The notes below the pieces were generated by a model. The model did no database searches and had not been told where the DNA came from. It was given only the letters and a program-made list of their open reading frames with translations. A stretch of DNA of 63,957 bases. Origin: a virus. Its lineage: Duplodnaviria > Caudoviricetes. The position numbers and the translations under genes were made by a program. This document shows positions 29,199 through 38,822 of this stretch, in pieces. The first letter of the stretch is position 1. Every line of letters starts with the position of its first letter. The DNA lies in IMG/VR virus record IMGVR_UViG_3300028840_000655, positions 1-63,957 of that record. One strand, written 5' to 3'.

Positions 29199-29268
29199 CA
29201 AACCCGGTGCGATATTGAACGCTTAGGCGTGCAAGCGTCCAAACCCGGTGCGATATTGAACGCTTAGG
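29199..29268. repeat. Two exact 29-bp direct repeats CAAACCCGGTGCGATATTGAACGCTTAGG (period 41 bp)
   Basis: 29199-29227 and 29240-29268, intergenic. Confidence 0.95.
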
Positions 29269-29437
29269 ATGTCGCGCGATTGGGCGGATTGGTGTAGTTG
29301 ACACGTTCTTGACAGCCGTGCTAATGTGCATGGCACAAGGCAGCGCGGACCGCCAAGCGAACTCCCCGCAAGGGGACAGCAGAAGGGTCCGGGGGACTAA
29401 CCTCCGGACTCCCCGCACAGCACGAAGGGAGACCAGA

Positions 29438-30490
29438 ATGACGGTCATCTCACCCGAACGAGTCGCAGTCGCGCAGACTGAGGACCGTTCCCTCCCGTGG
29501 ATTGGTCACGGCGAGAACATCACTCAGGTCGACGGTCTCATGACCGCACAGGAAGTCATCGACGCAGCCGGTCTCGGCTGGACGACCCGCAAGGTCTCGC
29601 TCATGACGCAGGAACACGTCCCGGTCCCCGGCAAGTTCGCCGTGGTCCGCGAGGACAACGGGTTCCCGCTCGGCGTGGTCGGCGAGAAGTACGTCGAGGT
29701 TTGGAACGAGGACGCCTTCGACTTCGCGAACGGCATCGTCGCCAGCGACGGCAACCAGTTCGTCGCAGGCGGACAGGTCGACGACGGTCGTCAGGTCTTC
29801 CTCGTCATCGACCTCGGCGCGGTCGAGCCAATCACCATCGAGGGCGACCCCGGCTTCAAGACGTACCTCATCATCCGGACGTCGCACGACGGCTCGTGCG
29901 CGCTGTCGGGCATGGTGACGCCGGTCCGTCTCCGCTGCCGGAACATGCTCAACCTCGCCATCTCGCAGGCAATCAGCCGGTTCAGCATCCGGCACAGCGG
30001 CAACATCGAGAGCAAGATGACCGCTGCTCGCAACGCTCTCGGCATCTCGGTCGACTACATGCGCCGGTTCGAGATTGTCGCCAACTCCCTCATCGACACG
30101 AAGGTCTCGGACGACCGCGCAGAAGCCATCTTCCGCGACGCCTTCTCGATGAAGGACTCCATCGAAGAGAAGGGCGAAGACTCCGACCGCTACGTCAACC
30201 ACGCAGCGACGCGGACCTTCGACCGCTACATCGACGCTCCCGACCTCGCGCACATCCGGGGCACCGGCTGGGGCGTGGTCAACGCGGTCGCCGAGTTCAT
30301 CGACCACGACCGCACCTACGGCAAGGGCGCGGACCGCAACGCTCTCGACGTCAAGACCACGTCGGTCCTGTGGGGTCAGGGCGCGAACATCCTCAATCGC
30401 ACTCTCGCTCTCGTCGACCCGGTACTCGCCGACCGGCGGGTCGCGCGGCAGGCGGACAAGTTCCGCAACCGCGTCGAGGTCGTCGCCTAG
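29438..30490 (+). CDS. DUF932 / TIGR03299-like phage-plasmid protein
   Basis: PW.G.G, AGLGW, LGVVG..Y, SHDGS, TPVR..C.N.L, IRHSG and GT.WG.VNAV.E..DH motifs. Confidence 0.9.
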   Translation: MTVISPERVAVAQTEDRSLPWIGHGENITQVDGLMTAQEVIDAAGLGWTTRKVSLMTQEHVPVPGKFAVVREDNGFPLGVVGEKYVEVWNEDAFDFANGIVASDGNQFVAGGQVDDGRQVFLVIDLGAVEPITIEGDPGFKTYLIIRTSHDGSCALSGMVTPVRLRCRNMLNLAISQAISRFSIRHSGNIESKMTAARNALGISVDYMRRFEIVANSLIDTKVSDDRAEAIFRDAFSMKDSIEEKGEDSDRYVNHAATRTFDRYIDAPDLAHIRGTGWGVVNAVAEFIDHDRTYGKGADRNALDVKTTSVLWGQGANILNRTLALVDPVLADRRVARQADKFRNRVEVVA

Positions 30491-30502
30491 CGCTTACACC
30501 GA

Positions 30503-30593
30503 GCCGGGGGGTTCCGGACTCCTCCTTCCCCCCGGCACCATTCGTGGGCAACGGCACCCCCGGCGGTCTTCGGACTAGCCGGGGGGCTGTTGC
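30503..30593 (+). terminator. Double GC-rich hairpin after DUF932, terminator-like
   Basis: GCCGGGGGG...CCCCCGGC and CCCCCGGC-GGTCTTCGGACT-AGCCGGGGG; no U-tract. Confidence 0.5.
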
Positions 30594-30689
30594 GTGTGGT
30601 CAACACGGCGTCGCGATTGGGGGTTGACGCGTCTACGCTGGCGTAGTAATCTGACGATGTCATCAAGACACACACACACGAACGGAGAC
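30590..30689 (+). promoter_or_regulatory. Cassette: CRP/FNR-like box 30590-30603, TTGACG-17-TAATCT, operator 30633-30646, start motif 30678-30689
   Basis: Read directly from sequence. Confidence 0.85.
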
Positions 30690-30693
30690 CCAA

Positions 30694-31056
30694 ATGAGCC
30701 TCGACTACACCCCCACTCGCAGCAATCACAGCATCAAGCGCGGCACCCGCTTCGCTCTCACCTTCTACAAGACGGACGGCTCCATTCAATGCACTTGGAC
30801 CGGACGCAAGTCGAGCAACGTCAAGGGTCGCCCCGGCGTCATCAAGGTCGTCGGCGAGTACGTCGACTGGAAGGGCGGCATCTACGTCGACCTCAACAAC
30901 CTCAACCGCCAGTTCATGAGCATCACCCCCATCTCGAAGACCCGTCCCGCGTTCTACATCGACGAGGCGCGCGAGGTCCGCGAGGTCGAGAACCACGGCA
31001 CCTACCGCGTCTTCGAGATGCGGAAGCCGGGAGACTTCCTCCCGGAGCGTCAGTAG
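30694..31056 (+). CDS. Hypothetical protein
   Basis: Full cassette upstream. Confidence 0.8.
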   Translation: MSLDYTPTRSNHSIKRGTRFALTFYKTDGSIQCTWTGRKSSNVKGRPGVIKVVGEYVDWKGGIYVDLNNLNRQFMSITPISKTRPAFYIDEAREVREVENHGTYRVFEMRKPGDFLPERQ

Positions 31057-31113
31057 TCACGAAGGTAGTCACCGGGGGGTCGCCAGACCCCCCACAACGA
31101 ACGGAGAGCCACG

Positions 31114-31335
31114 ATGAAGCGACCAGTCGACACGATGACCATTACCGGACCAGTCGGGTCTCGCGTGGTCTCTGGCACCGGCACGTACGTCGACGGCTCC
31201 GTCTACTTCGGCTCCGCCGAGTTCGAGGCCGAGCGCGGCGAGACCTTCGCCGAGTTCATGGTCCGGATGGAGACCGAGCCTGCTCCCGCCGGGGAGCCTG
31301 CGGAGTTCTTCACCACAGTCAGGAAGGGGCGCTAG
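31114..31335 (+). CDS. Hypothetical protein
   Basis: Variant start motif ACGAACGGAGAG. Confidence 0.7.
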   Translation: MKRPVDTMTITGPVGSRVVSGTGTYVDGSVYFGSAEFEAERGETFAEFMVRMETEPAPAGEPAEFFTTVRKGR

Positions 31336-31521
31336 TCATGGCCGAACGTCTCTGTCGCAAGGCGAAGTGCATCGACCTCGCGGGAGGTCCGGGTCTCGTC
31401 GCGCATTACGTGAGCGAGTGTCCGTACCGCAAGCCGTCGTGGTGCCGTCGCGAGGCGTGCGTCGACTTGGCGATGGGTCAGACGACGCATCGGGCGGGCG
31501 AGTGCCGGAGGGCGTGGTGAT

Positions 31522-31617
31522 GTGCGCGCTGTCAACACTTCGGCGCTCTTGGGGGTTGACGCTAGCGTAGATGCTGCTATGCTGGACGCAGTCCAATCGG
31601 ACGACACGAACGGAGAC
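31522..31617 (+). promoter_or_regulatory. Cassette: box 31522-31535, TTGACG-16-TATGCT (TGn extension), operator 31557-31570, start motif 31606-31617
   Basis: Read directly from sequence. Confidence 0.8.
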
Positions 31618-31623
31618 CAACCG

Positions 31624-31857
31624 ATGAAGCGCTACACCCTCCCCGACGAGAACGACCGCAACTACGCCGCCTACTTCTCGCTCATCCCCGACACCGACGA
31701 GTTCATCGGCGAGTGCGAATACTGCGACGGCTACATCGTCCGCGATTACGGCGGCGAGGTCGTGGCCTGCTCGTTCGGTATCGGTTGCTCGACCGACGAG
31801 CCTTGGAGCATCCGGTCCCGTTGGGACTCGCTCAAGGCGGAAGGTCTGCTCCGATGA
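31624..31857 (+). CDS. Small Cys-containing hypothetical protein
   Basis: Start motif upstream. Confidence 0.75.
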   Translation: MKRYTLPDENDRNYAAYFSLIPDTDEFIGECEYCDGYIVRDYGGEVVACSFGIGCSTDEPWSIRSRWDSLKAEGLLR

Positions 31858-32120
31858 ACGCGCTCAACACGCGCCAGCGGGCGCACGACTGGCGAACGGC
31901 GGACATCACGTCCGCCATCGCGGAAGAGGCGCAGGAGCGCGCCAGCGAGCCGGAGGGGCATTCCTTCCTCGTCCTGACCGACGACGACGCAGTCGCTCGC
32001 GAGGTCGCTCCGCTCATGGCGCAGCGGCTCTACCCGGACCGCTCGTTCGGCGAGGTCATCCACAGCGAGCCGGTCACGTACGACGGTCCTGCCATCGAGG
32101 TCGTTCTGCGGGTTCGTTGA
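31854..32120 (+). CDS. Hypothetical protein (MNALNTRQ...)
   Basis: ATGA coupling. Confidence 0.65.
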   Translation: MNALNTRQRAHDWRTADITSAIAEEAQERASEPEGHSFLVLTDDDAVAREVAPLMAQRLYPDRSFGEVIHSEPVTYDGPAIEVVLRVR

Positions 32121-32213
32121 CAGCAGTCACCATTCCGCGTCGATTGGGGGTTGACGCTAGCGTAGACGATGCGCTACGATGACATCGTCATCAAGACACA
32201 CACGAACGGAGAC
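32117..32213 (+). promoter_or_regulatory. Cassette: box 32117-32130, TTGACG-18-TACGAT, operator 32152-32165, start motif 32202-32213
   Basis: Read directly from sequence. Confidence 0.85.
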
Positions 32214-32220
32214 CGAAGCA

Positions 32221-32430
32221 ATGACCGACCGAACCGCTGAGAACATCGCCGCTCTCATCTTCGAGGCCGACGACCTCGTCGACATCGACCCTGAGACCGC
32301 CCGCGAGTACCTTCGCATCGCGACCCCCGTCTTCCCGAAGGTGCAGGACGCCATCGTCCGCAACGGTCTCGCCAAGATGCACGCTCAGGTCGCGAACCGC
32401 ATCGCCGACCGGCTTGGCATCAACGCCTAA
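32221..32430 (+). CDS. Hypothetical protein
   Basis: Start motif upstream. Confidence 0.75.
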   Translation: MTDRTAENIAALIFEADDLVDIDPETAREYLRIATPVFPKVQDAIVRNGLAKMHAQVANRIADRLGINA

Positions 32431-32461
32431 TCCCACAGCCACACGAACGGAGACCACGAAC

Positions 32462-32635
32462 ATGACCGCCATCTCAGTCTCGACCACGGACATCGACCTC
32501 GTCGCTCTCGACGAGGCGTGGGAAGACCACGTCGACAACCACTCGTTCGCGGACGGCACAGCCGACCCGAAGTCCTGCGCCTACTGCGCTACGGACGTCG
32601 AGGACGGCTCGTGGACCGACGCATTCGTCCAGTAG
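32462..32635 (+). CDS. Small acidic hypothetical protein
   Basis: Start motif 32443-32454. Confidence 0.7.
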   Translation: MTAISVSTTDIDLVALDEAWEDHVDNHSFADGTADPKSCAYCATDVEDGSWTDAFVQ

Positions 32636-32644
32636 GGGAACGAC

Positions 32645-32962
32645 ATGCAGAAGTACATCAAGCGCTACACCTACCCGAAGCCGGGGGACATCGGCTACGT
32701 CTACGGCATCAAGGGGAACGAGGTCCGGTGCATCGTCCTCCGGGTCGGCAAGTTCGGGCCGAACCGCATCGCGGAGGTCTACTCGCTCGAAGGCGACTCG
32801 TGGGTCGCGATGGAGTTCGCCGGGGACATCATGCCGGAGCGCTCCGATGAGCAGCAGGCACGATGGAAGGCCGACAAGTCGTGGGGGACGTGGGCACGCT
32901 TCGAGCAGGCTCCCGACCACATGCAGGCGCGTCACGGCGTCGTCAAGTCAAGCCACTACTAA
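32645..32962 (+). CDS. Hypothetical protein
   Basis: RBS and codon usage. Confidence 0.7.
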   Translation: MQKYIKRYTYPKPGDIGYVYGIKGNEVRCIVLRVGKFGPNRIAEVYSLEGDSWVAMEFAGDIMPERSDEQQARWKADKSWGTWARFEQAPDHMQARHGVVKSSHY

Positions 32963-32990
32963 TCGCAACGAACGAAACGGAGACCGAACC

Positions 32991-33620
32991 ATGAACATCC
33001 GATGCACGTCCCGCGTCATGCCCTTGGGTTCCATCCGGGGCCATGCGTGCGGCAAGCCTGCGAAGTGGGCAATCAAGACCGCGACCAACGTCGAAGGCGT
33101 CGAGTGGGAACCCGCGTGCGGGACACACAAGGGCGTCTACGTCAGGCGCGCCTACAAGGACGCCAGCGTCGCGCAACTCGTCGAGGGCGCGGACGGTCCC
33201 GAAGCCGTCCTCTTCGACGAAGGCATCGCCGTCGAGAACGACATCATCGCGCAACTCGACCGGGCACGGTTCGTCCGCATGAAGGAAGCGGAAGCGCAGG
33301 CGAAAGCGCGGCGGGCCGAGACCGAGAAGCACGAGACGCAGCGCATCGAGCGCGCGTGGAACGAGTCCCGTGTTCTGTGGACCGTCACAGAAGACGTTGA
33401 CTACAAGGGCGACCCAATCTACGAGGTCAAGCCGTTGGGCGACGTTCCGTTCGTCCACGGCTCGACGGTCGGCGTCACCACGAAGGAAGGCGAACCGCCG
33501 GAGGTCCGCGTCCTTGGCTCACTCGCTCCGCAGACGGCGGCTCAGGCGCGCGCGATGGCTCGTGCGTTCCTCGCAATCGCCGATGACATGGACGCGATGA
33601 CGCGCGCCAACTCGCGTTAG
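32991..33620 (+). CDS. Hypothetical protein with N-terminal Cys/His cluster
   Basis: Variant start motif ACGAAACGGAGACC. Confidence 0.75.
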   Translation: MNIRCTSRVMPLGSIRGHACGKPAKWAIKTATNVEGVEWEPACGTHKGVYVRRAYKDASVAQLVEGADGPEAVLFDEGIAVENDIIAQLDRARFVRMKEAEAQAKARRAETEKHETQRIERAWNESRVLWTVTEDVDYKGDPIYEVKPLGDVPFVHGSTVGVTTKEGEPPEVRVLGSLAPQTAAQARAMARAFLAIADDMDAMTRANSR

Positions 33621-33711
33621 ATGTCGCGTTCGCTTGACGTGGTTGTCGCGTTGCCCTACTGTACGGGTTAGACGCGGCGACCACGTCGCGCGACACGGGA
33701 GACCATCGGGA

Positions 33712-33927
33712 ATGTCCGACAAGCCTCTTCAACTGACCGTCACCATCGCGCTCAAGCGCGGCTATGACACGGTCGCTTCCAACACGCTCACGGCTTCCGC
33801 CGAGACAGACGCCCGTCTCGTCGGGATGCACGTCGAGAAGACGGTCGACAGCCTACGCTCAGACGCGGAGACGTTCGCCACAACGACGGACCCGGTCTCT
33901 GAGACCGTAGTCAACGTCGCCGACTAG
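33712..33927 (+). CDS. Hypothetical protein
   Basis: Promoter TTGACG-17-TACTGT (33634-33662) and GGGAGACC RBS. Confidence 0.6.
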   Translation: MSDKPLQLTVTIALKRGYDTVASNTLTASAETDARLVGMHVEKTVDSLRSDAETFATTTDPVSETVVNVAD

Positions 33928-34035
33928 GCCGGGGTCCGTGCGGGGCACCCTCGTCCGCGAGGGTCAAACCCTTGCTCCGCGTTCGGGAGACGAGTCGCCT
34001 GTCCGCACTCGTCTCCCGGACCCCCGGACATCACC

Positions 34036-34947
34036 ATGACACTCGACCGCTCGACCTACATCGGGTCATCTGACGCGGCGCGTATCGCCGGACTCTCGCC
34101 GTGGGGTTCCCCGCTCTCCGTGTGGATGGAGAAGACGGGGTTCATCGAGCCGAAAGACGAGACGCTTCGCATGTGGCTCGGCTCGAAACTCGAACCTATC
34201 CTGCTCGAACTCTTCGAGCAGAAGACCGGCAAGTCCCCGGCGCGCTATCCGCAGGACGCTCCCCCGATACTCCATCCGAAGTACCCGTTCATCGGTTGCC
34301 ATCCGGACGCCGACTACCTCGAACTCAAGACCACGGAGTTCGCTCGCGATTGGGGCGAGGACGGCTCCGTCGTCACGCTCGACGCGATGACGATACCGCT
34401 CCACTACTTCATCCAGACGCAGCACATCATGGCGTGCATGGAGTGGCCGACCATCGACGTCGCGGTCCTCATCGGGCACAAGGACTTCCGCCGGTACGAG
34501 GTTCCCGCGAACCCGACCGTCATCGACCAACTCATCCGCACCGAAGTCGCGTTCTGGACCGACCACGTCGAGACCGGCGTGGCACCGGAGCAGGACGACA
34601 TCGAGAGCCGGAAGGCGTATCTCCGCAAGCGCTTCCCCGCTCCCATCGCCGACATGCGCGCGGCGACCCCCGAAGACCTACAAGCGCTCGAAGAGTGGCG
34701 TCTGGCGAAGGCCGAACTCAAGTCGGCAGAGCAGCGCGCCGAACAGGCAGCGAACCGCATCAAGTCCCGCATCGGAGACAACGCGGGCATCATCGGCGAG
34801 GCGACATGGACGACGACCCGGCGCAAGGGTCTCGACATGACCGCTCTCCGTGAGCAGATGACGGCGGCAGGCATGGGGTTCATCCTCGATGCTTGCTCGA
34901 CCGAGACCGAATACCGCACGCTCCGAGACAAGGGAGGGAAGCGTTGA
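34036..34947 (+). CDS. YqaJ-like viral recombination exonuclease
   Basis: IGSSDAA..AG.SPW.SP..VW.EKTG, PD...ELKT and Y..Q.QH motifs; adjacent to RecT. Confidence 0.92.
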   Translation: MTLDRSTYIGSSDAARIAGLSPWGSPLSVWMEKTGFIEPKDETLRMWLGSKLEPILLELFEQKTGKSPARYPQDAPPILHPKYPFIGCHPDADYLELKTTEFARDWGEDGSVVTLDAMTIPLHYFIQTQHIMACMEWPTIDVAVLIGHKDFRRYEVPANPTVIDQLIRTEVAFWTDHVETGVAPEQDDIESRKAYLRKRFPAPIADMRAATPEDLQALEEWRLAKAELKSAEQRAEQAANRIKSRIGDNAGIIGEATWTTTRRKGLDMTALREQMTAAGMGFILDACSTETEYRTLRDKGGKR

Positions 34948-35945
34948 GCAAGTCGTCAGCCGTCGTCAAGCGGGAGCAAGACCCGAAGGCGGCATACGCC
35001 AACATCGAGGGGCTGGTCTGGCAACGGCAGGAAGCCATCGTCAAGACGCTCCCGTCGACCATCGAGCCGGAACAGTTCATCAACGTCGCTTTGCAAGCCG
35101 TCACGCGGACGCCGAAGTTGCTCGCCTGCTCTCCGGCTTCCATCGTCAAGGCTCTCCGCGACGCGGCGGAAGTCGGACTCGTTCCGTCCGGTCTCATGGG
35201 CAGCGCGTATCTGGTCCCGTATTGGAACTCAGGCGCGGGCACGTACGAGGCTCAGTTCCAAGCGGGCTACCGTGGACTCATCGACCTCGCGCGTCGCTCC
35301 GGCGAAGTGCGGCTCATCGAAGCGCATGTCGTCCGTGAGCGCGACGACTTCGCGTTCGCCTACGGGACCGAAGGGTTCATCCGCCACGTCCCCTACATCA
35401 ACCTGACCAACGAGAAGGACGGCGAGGGCGTGTTGCTCGACGGCGGCGACTACGTCGCGGCATACGCTCGTGCGGTCCTGACGTCCGGCGAAGAGCAGTT
35501 CGAGGTCATGTCGCGGGCGGAGGTCGAGGCTATCCGCAAGCGCTCGAAGGCAGCGGACTCCGGTCCGTGGATGACCGACTACGCCGAGATGATGCGGAAG
35601 ACTCCGACCCGGAAGTTGCTCAAGTACCTCCCCCTGTCCGCGTCCGCGCTCACACGCGCGCTCGAAATCGAAGACGCGGCGGAGTCGCACGCGTCACGCG
35701 TGCCACAGAAGGCGCAGACGGTCTCTTCGCAGGCTCGCCATCAACTCGCGGCGTCTCTCGGCGTCTCAGACGAGCCACAAGCCACGGAGAGCGACGCTAG
35801 CGTAGAAGACGATGCAGAAGCCATCCCGTTGCCGGTCGAGGCGCAGGGGACGTTCTGTGGCGTCGTGACCGACACCGGGACGTGCATCAAGTCTCCGGGG
35901 CATGAGGGCGACCACACGGCTCCCGAAGCGGCACCGTTCGCGTGA
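34944..35945 (+). CDS. recT: RecT-family single-strand annealing protein
   Basis: PKLLACS..S, AYLVPY, GYRGLIDLARRSG, GPW..DY.EM..KT...LLKYLPLS. Confidence 0.95.
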   Translation: MSKSSAVVKREQDPKAAYANIEGLVWQRQEAIVKTLPSTIEPEQFINVALQAVTRTPKLLACSPASIVKALRDAAEVGLVPSGLMGSAYLVPYWNSGAGTYEAQFQAGYRGLIDLARRSGEVRLIEAHVVRERDDFAFAYGTEGFIRHVPYINLTNEKDGEGVLLDGGDYVAAYARAVLTSGEEQFEVMSRAEVEAIRKRSKAADSGPWMTDYAEMMRKTPTRKLLKYLPLSASALTRALEIEDAAESHASRVPQKAQTVSSQARHQLAASLGVSDEPQATESDASVEDDAEAIPLPVEAQGTFCGVVTDTGTCIKSPGHEGDHTAPEAAPFA

Positions 35946-36141
35946 GCCGGGGCGAAGGCGGCGGGCGGAAGCGCGGCGTCGGCAAGTGGGAGGGCAACCC
36001 GCAACGTGTCGGGACTGGTCTCGGACCGCTCAAGCCGTCCGCCAACGGACCACAGTCGATGCACAAGGGCATGGGCGCATCGAAGGCATGGTGCTACAGG
36101 TGCGACAGCGAGCATCGTTGGGAACAGGAGTGCTACGCGTA

Positions 36142-36306
36142 ATGGGGGACCGTGGATTGTGCGACGTCTGTCGCGGAACTGGCACCCGAACGAAGTGGGT
36201 CGACGGTTCGGGCTACGTCGAAGTCAGATGCTACGCGTGTCACGGCACGGGTCGCTGGCATCGCTCAGACGAGCGGTGGCCTTACCAACAGAAGCCGAGC
36301 AGATAG
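36142..36306 (+). CDS. Small DnaJ-type Zn-finger protein
   Basis: CxxCxGTG twice. Confidence 0.65.
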   Translation: MGDRGLCDVCRGTGTRTKWVDGSGYVEVRCYACHGTGRWHRSDERWPYQQKPSR

Positions 36307-36314
36307 GGGAGAAC

Positions 36315-36581
36315 ATGACGACCGCGCTCCGGAACCCGGACATCACCATGCAGCCAATCGACGAGGTCGGGACCATCCTCGTCTACGAGACCGTCCCACG
36401 CGTCACGCGCGTCGGCGAGAAAGCCGTCATGCGGAAGCGCTTGTGGGGCGTCATCATCCCGGTCCCCGGCGGCTTGTTCCAAGCCACGGACCCGGATGGC
36501 AACGACGTCGGCGACGCACAAGAGTCCTTGACGCTCGCGGTCGACATCCTCTTCGAGCCGGTCAGGTCATCGTCCCGATGA
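36315..36581 (+). CDS. Hypothetical protein
   Basis: GGGGAG RBS. Confidence 0.65.
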   Translation: MTTALRNPDITMQPIDEVGTILVYETVPRVTRVGEKAVMRKRLWGVIIPVPGGLFQATDPDGNDVGDAQESLTLAVDILFEPVRSSSR

Positions 36582-36868
36582 GCGACGAACGGGAAGCGGT
36601 GTTGATGGGCGTTCGCTCAGGGTTCAGCGTCAAGACCCGGCGTCCGTTCGTCGAGGTCGCGTTCGGCGACACGAGCATCGAGATACCAGTCAAGGACGCG
36701 CTCGAACTCGCGTGGTCTATCGTCTTCGCGGCGACGGCTGGCATCTCCGAAGCGGCAGGCATCGAAGCGGCGGGCGGCGAGAAGTTGACGACCGACGAGG
36801 TCGGCGAACTGCTCAACAACCTCGCGGCGGCGCGGATGAGGGTCAACGAGGTCGAAGACCTCCCATGA
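36578..36868 (+). CDS. Hypothetical protein
   Basis: ATGA coupling. Confidence 0.6.
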   Translation: MSDEREAVLMGVRSGFSVKTRRPFVEVAFGDTSIEIPVKDALELAWSIVFAATAGISEAAGIEAAGGEKLTTDEVGELLNNLAAARMRVNEVEDLP

Positions 36869-37191
36869 CCGGCGTCGTCGAGGCGTTGCGATGGGAGGTC
36901 TACTCGCTCGACGACGGGAAGTGCATCGCGGCAGTCATCGACCCGCACGCCGGACCGTGTTACGACCGATGGGGCAAGGTCATCGACTCCGCTCCCCGCA
37001 TCGCGTTCGAGGACTGCGAGATGGACTTCGTCCGGCTCGGCGCGTACGGTCCCCGGCACACGCTCCCCGAAGACCACGTCATCTTGTGTCCGGGGCACCA
37101 TCGCGGGACCGGACCGTCTCGCGGCTACCAATGGGCGACGTCCCATCGGGCGCACGAGCGGGCGTGGATTGAGCAAGGGAGGAAGTGGTGA
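36865..37191 (+). CDS. HNH-like protein (possibly degenerate)
   Basis: LR.EV...D...C and LCPGHH pattern. Confidence 0.5.
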   Translation: MTGVVEALRWEVYSLDDGKCIAAVIDPHAGPCYDRWGKVIDSAPRIAFEDCEMDFVRLGAYGPRHTLPEDHVILCPGHHRGTGPSRGYQWATSHRAHERAWIEQGRKW

Positions 37192-37441
37192 TGGCGCATG
37201 ACGGAGCCATCAAGTGCGTGTGGTGCAAGGACCGTCCCGGCGGTTGCATGTTGTGTCTGACGCCGAAGGAAGCCGCCGAGACGAGCAAGGCGAGCGAGAA
37301 CATCGACGTCGTTCAGCGTCGCTCTGACGAGGCGTCGCGCAACATCGCAGCCATGCCGGAGGAACCTGAGAAGGTCGAGCGTTACTACCCGCGCAGCGCG
37401 TGGGATGTCACCGACCCGGACGAGTAACGGAGGGAACGGAG

Positions 37442-37786
37442 ATGATGGAGATGCCGATGTTCGACTTCGGCGACCGGCGGCGACGCAGCATCCAGCAGCG
37501 GTTCGACGAGTGGGTCGAGACGGAGGACGGGCAAGAGGTCTACCAGAACTGTCTCGAACGCGTGTGGCGGCTCAGGCGGCGCGGTTGGCGGTTCTTCGGG
37601 ATGAAGGCGATATGGGAAGCCGCACGGTATGACCGGGCGCTACAGGTCGGTCCGGACGCGGAGGGGTTCAAGTTGTCCAACGACTTCCATGCTCGGATGG
37701 CGCGCTACATCCTAGACAGGAACCCGGAACTCATGACGTGCAACGATGGCGCTCCGTTCTTCCATCTCCGGGAACTCCGGGCATGA
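37442..37786 (+). CDS. Conserved-type phage hypothetical protein
   Basis: RBS and codon usage. Confidence 0.7.
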   Translation: MMEMPMFDFGDRRRRSIQQRFDEWVETEDGQEVYQNCLERVWRLRRRGWRFFGMKAIWEAARYDRALQVGPDAEGFKLSNDFHARMARYILDRNPELMTCNDGAPFFHLRELRA

Positions 37787-38106
37787 CGAAGCCGACGTAC
37801 GCGAGGACGAACTGCCGGTTCTGCGGCGGGACCGTGTCGGTCCTGACAGCCGACCCGACATCTGACATGCGGGCGCACATGCTGTCAGTCGAGCATCGAC
37901 GCGCCATGCAGCCGCAGACGGTCGTCAAGCGCGTTGACCGGACGCCGTATCCGGAGCCGGACTCCCCCTACGCCGAGCAGGGTCCGATGAAGACCTTGCT
38001 CCGGGGAGCCGTCTGTCAGGGATGCCGCCAGAAGGTCGACGTCGTCCGCTATCTCGACGGGGTTCATTCCGTTCACCCCAACGGTTCGCTTGCATGTCGC
38101 GACTAG
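37783..38106 (+). CDS. Zn-finger-like hypothetical protein
   Basis: CxxC...H....H motif. Confidence 0.6.
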   Translation: MTKPTYARTNCRFCGGTVSVLTADPTSDMRAHMLSVEHRRAMQPQTVVKRVDRTPYPEPDSPYAEQGPMKTLLRGAVCQGCRQKVDVVRYLDGVHSVHPNGSLACRD

Positions 38107-38283
38107 ATGAGGCAGGCTAGGCGCGTCATCGGATTGGATGGTGACAACGTGAGCAGGCGTGCTAATCGGGATAACAACAGCACGCTAGGGCTAATGACCC
38201 GTCGCAGCAGACCCGCAAGGTCGCTCCGGTCGGTCTCCACCCGTATATCGCGTCCCGACACACAACACGAAGGGAGACCACAC

Positions 38284-38496
38284 ATGGACACATTCAACCG
38301 GCTACTCGACGCAGCGCTCTCCGTGCAGCGGTACAACCGACGCACAGGGCGCGTCGAGCCATTAGGCGAGGTCAAGGTCGTCTTCCGGCGGAAGACCGGG
38401 CAATGGCTCGTCTCCGTGGGCAAGTTCTCGTCCGCTCGTCCAGACATCGACGAAGCGATGGAGGACGTCATCGCTCGCATCGAGCGCGAGGCATGA
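38284..38496 (+). CDS. Hypothetical protein
   Basis: Variant start motif ACGAAGGGAGACC. Confidence 0.7.
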   Translation: MDTFNRLLDAALSVQRYNRRTGRVEPLGEVKVVFRRKTGQWLVSVGKFSSARPDIDEAMEDVIARIEREA

Positions 38497-38822
38497 CACG
38501 ATGCGCGTGCGGGCGCAAGGGCAAGTATCGGTTCACCGTCATCGAGACCCGCGAGTCGTTCGTCCTATGCGGGACGTGCGCCTATCCGCGACTCGGCAAG
38601 CGCTGGTCGCACGAGTTCGAGGTCTCGGTCGTCAAGTGAGCAAGGCGCAACGCCGGGACCACGCTCCCGACCCCGACCACAAGCCGCAACCCGTGTTCTG
38701 TCTCGTATGCGACGAAGAACTCAAGTCCGTCTATGACGCGAGGAAGCGGCGGCGCTACTGGCGACATCTCCGGCGACCTCGCGTTGCACAACCCGTCTCG
38801 AACACGAAGGGATGAGCAACGG

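Noticed and set aside
29199-29268. Mini-CRISPR array
   Set aside because: Only two repeats with a 12-bp spacer, too short for a CRISPR spacer; no cas genes
29340-29415. c-di-GMP-I riboswitch
   Set aside because: The two-hairpin layout is only loosely similar; the conserved GCAAA/GACGCAAAG core is missing
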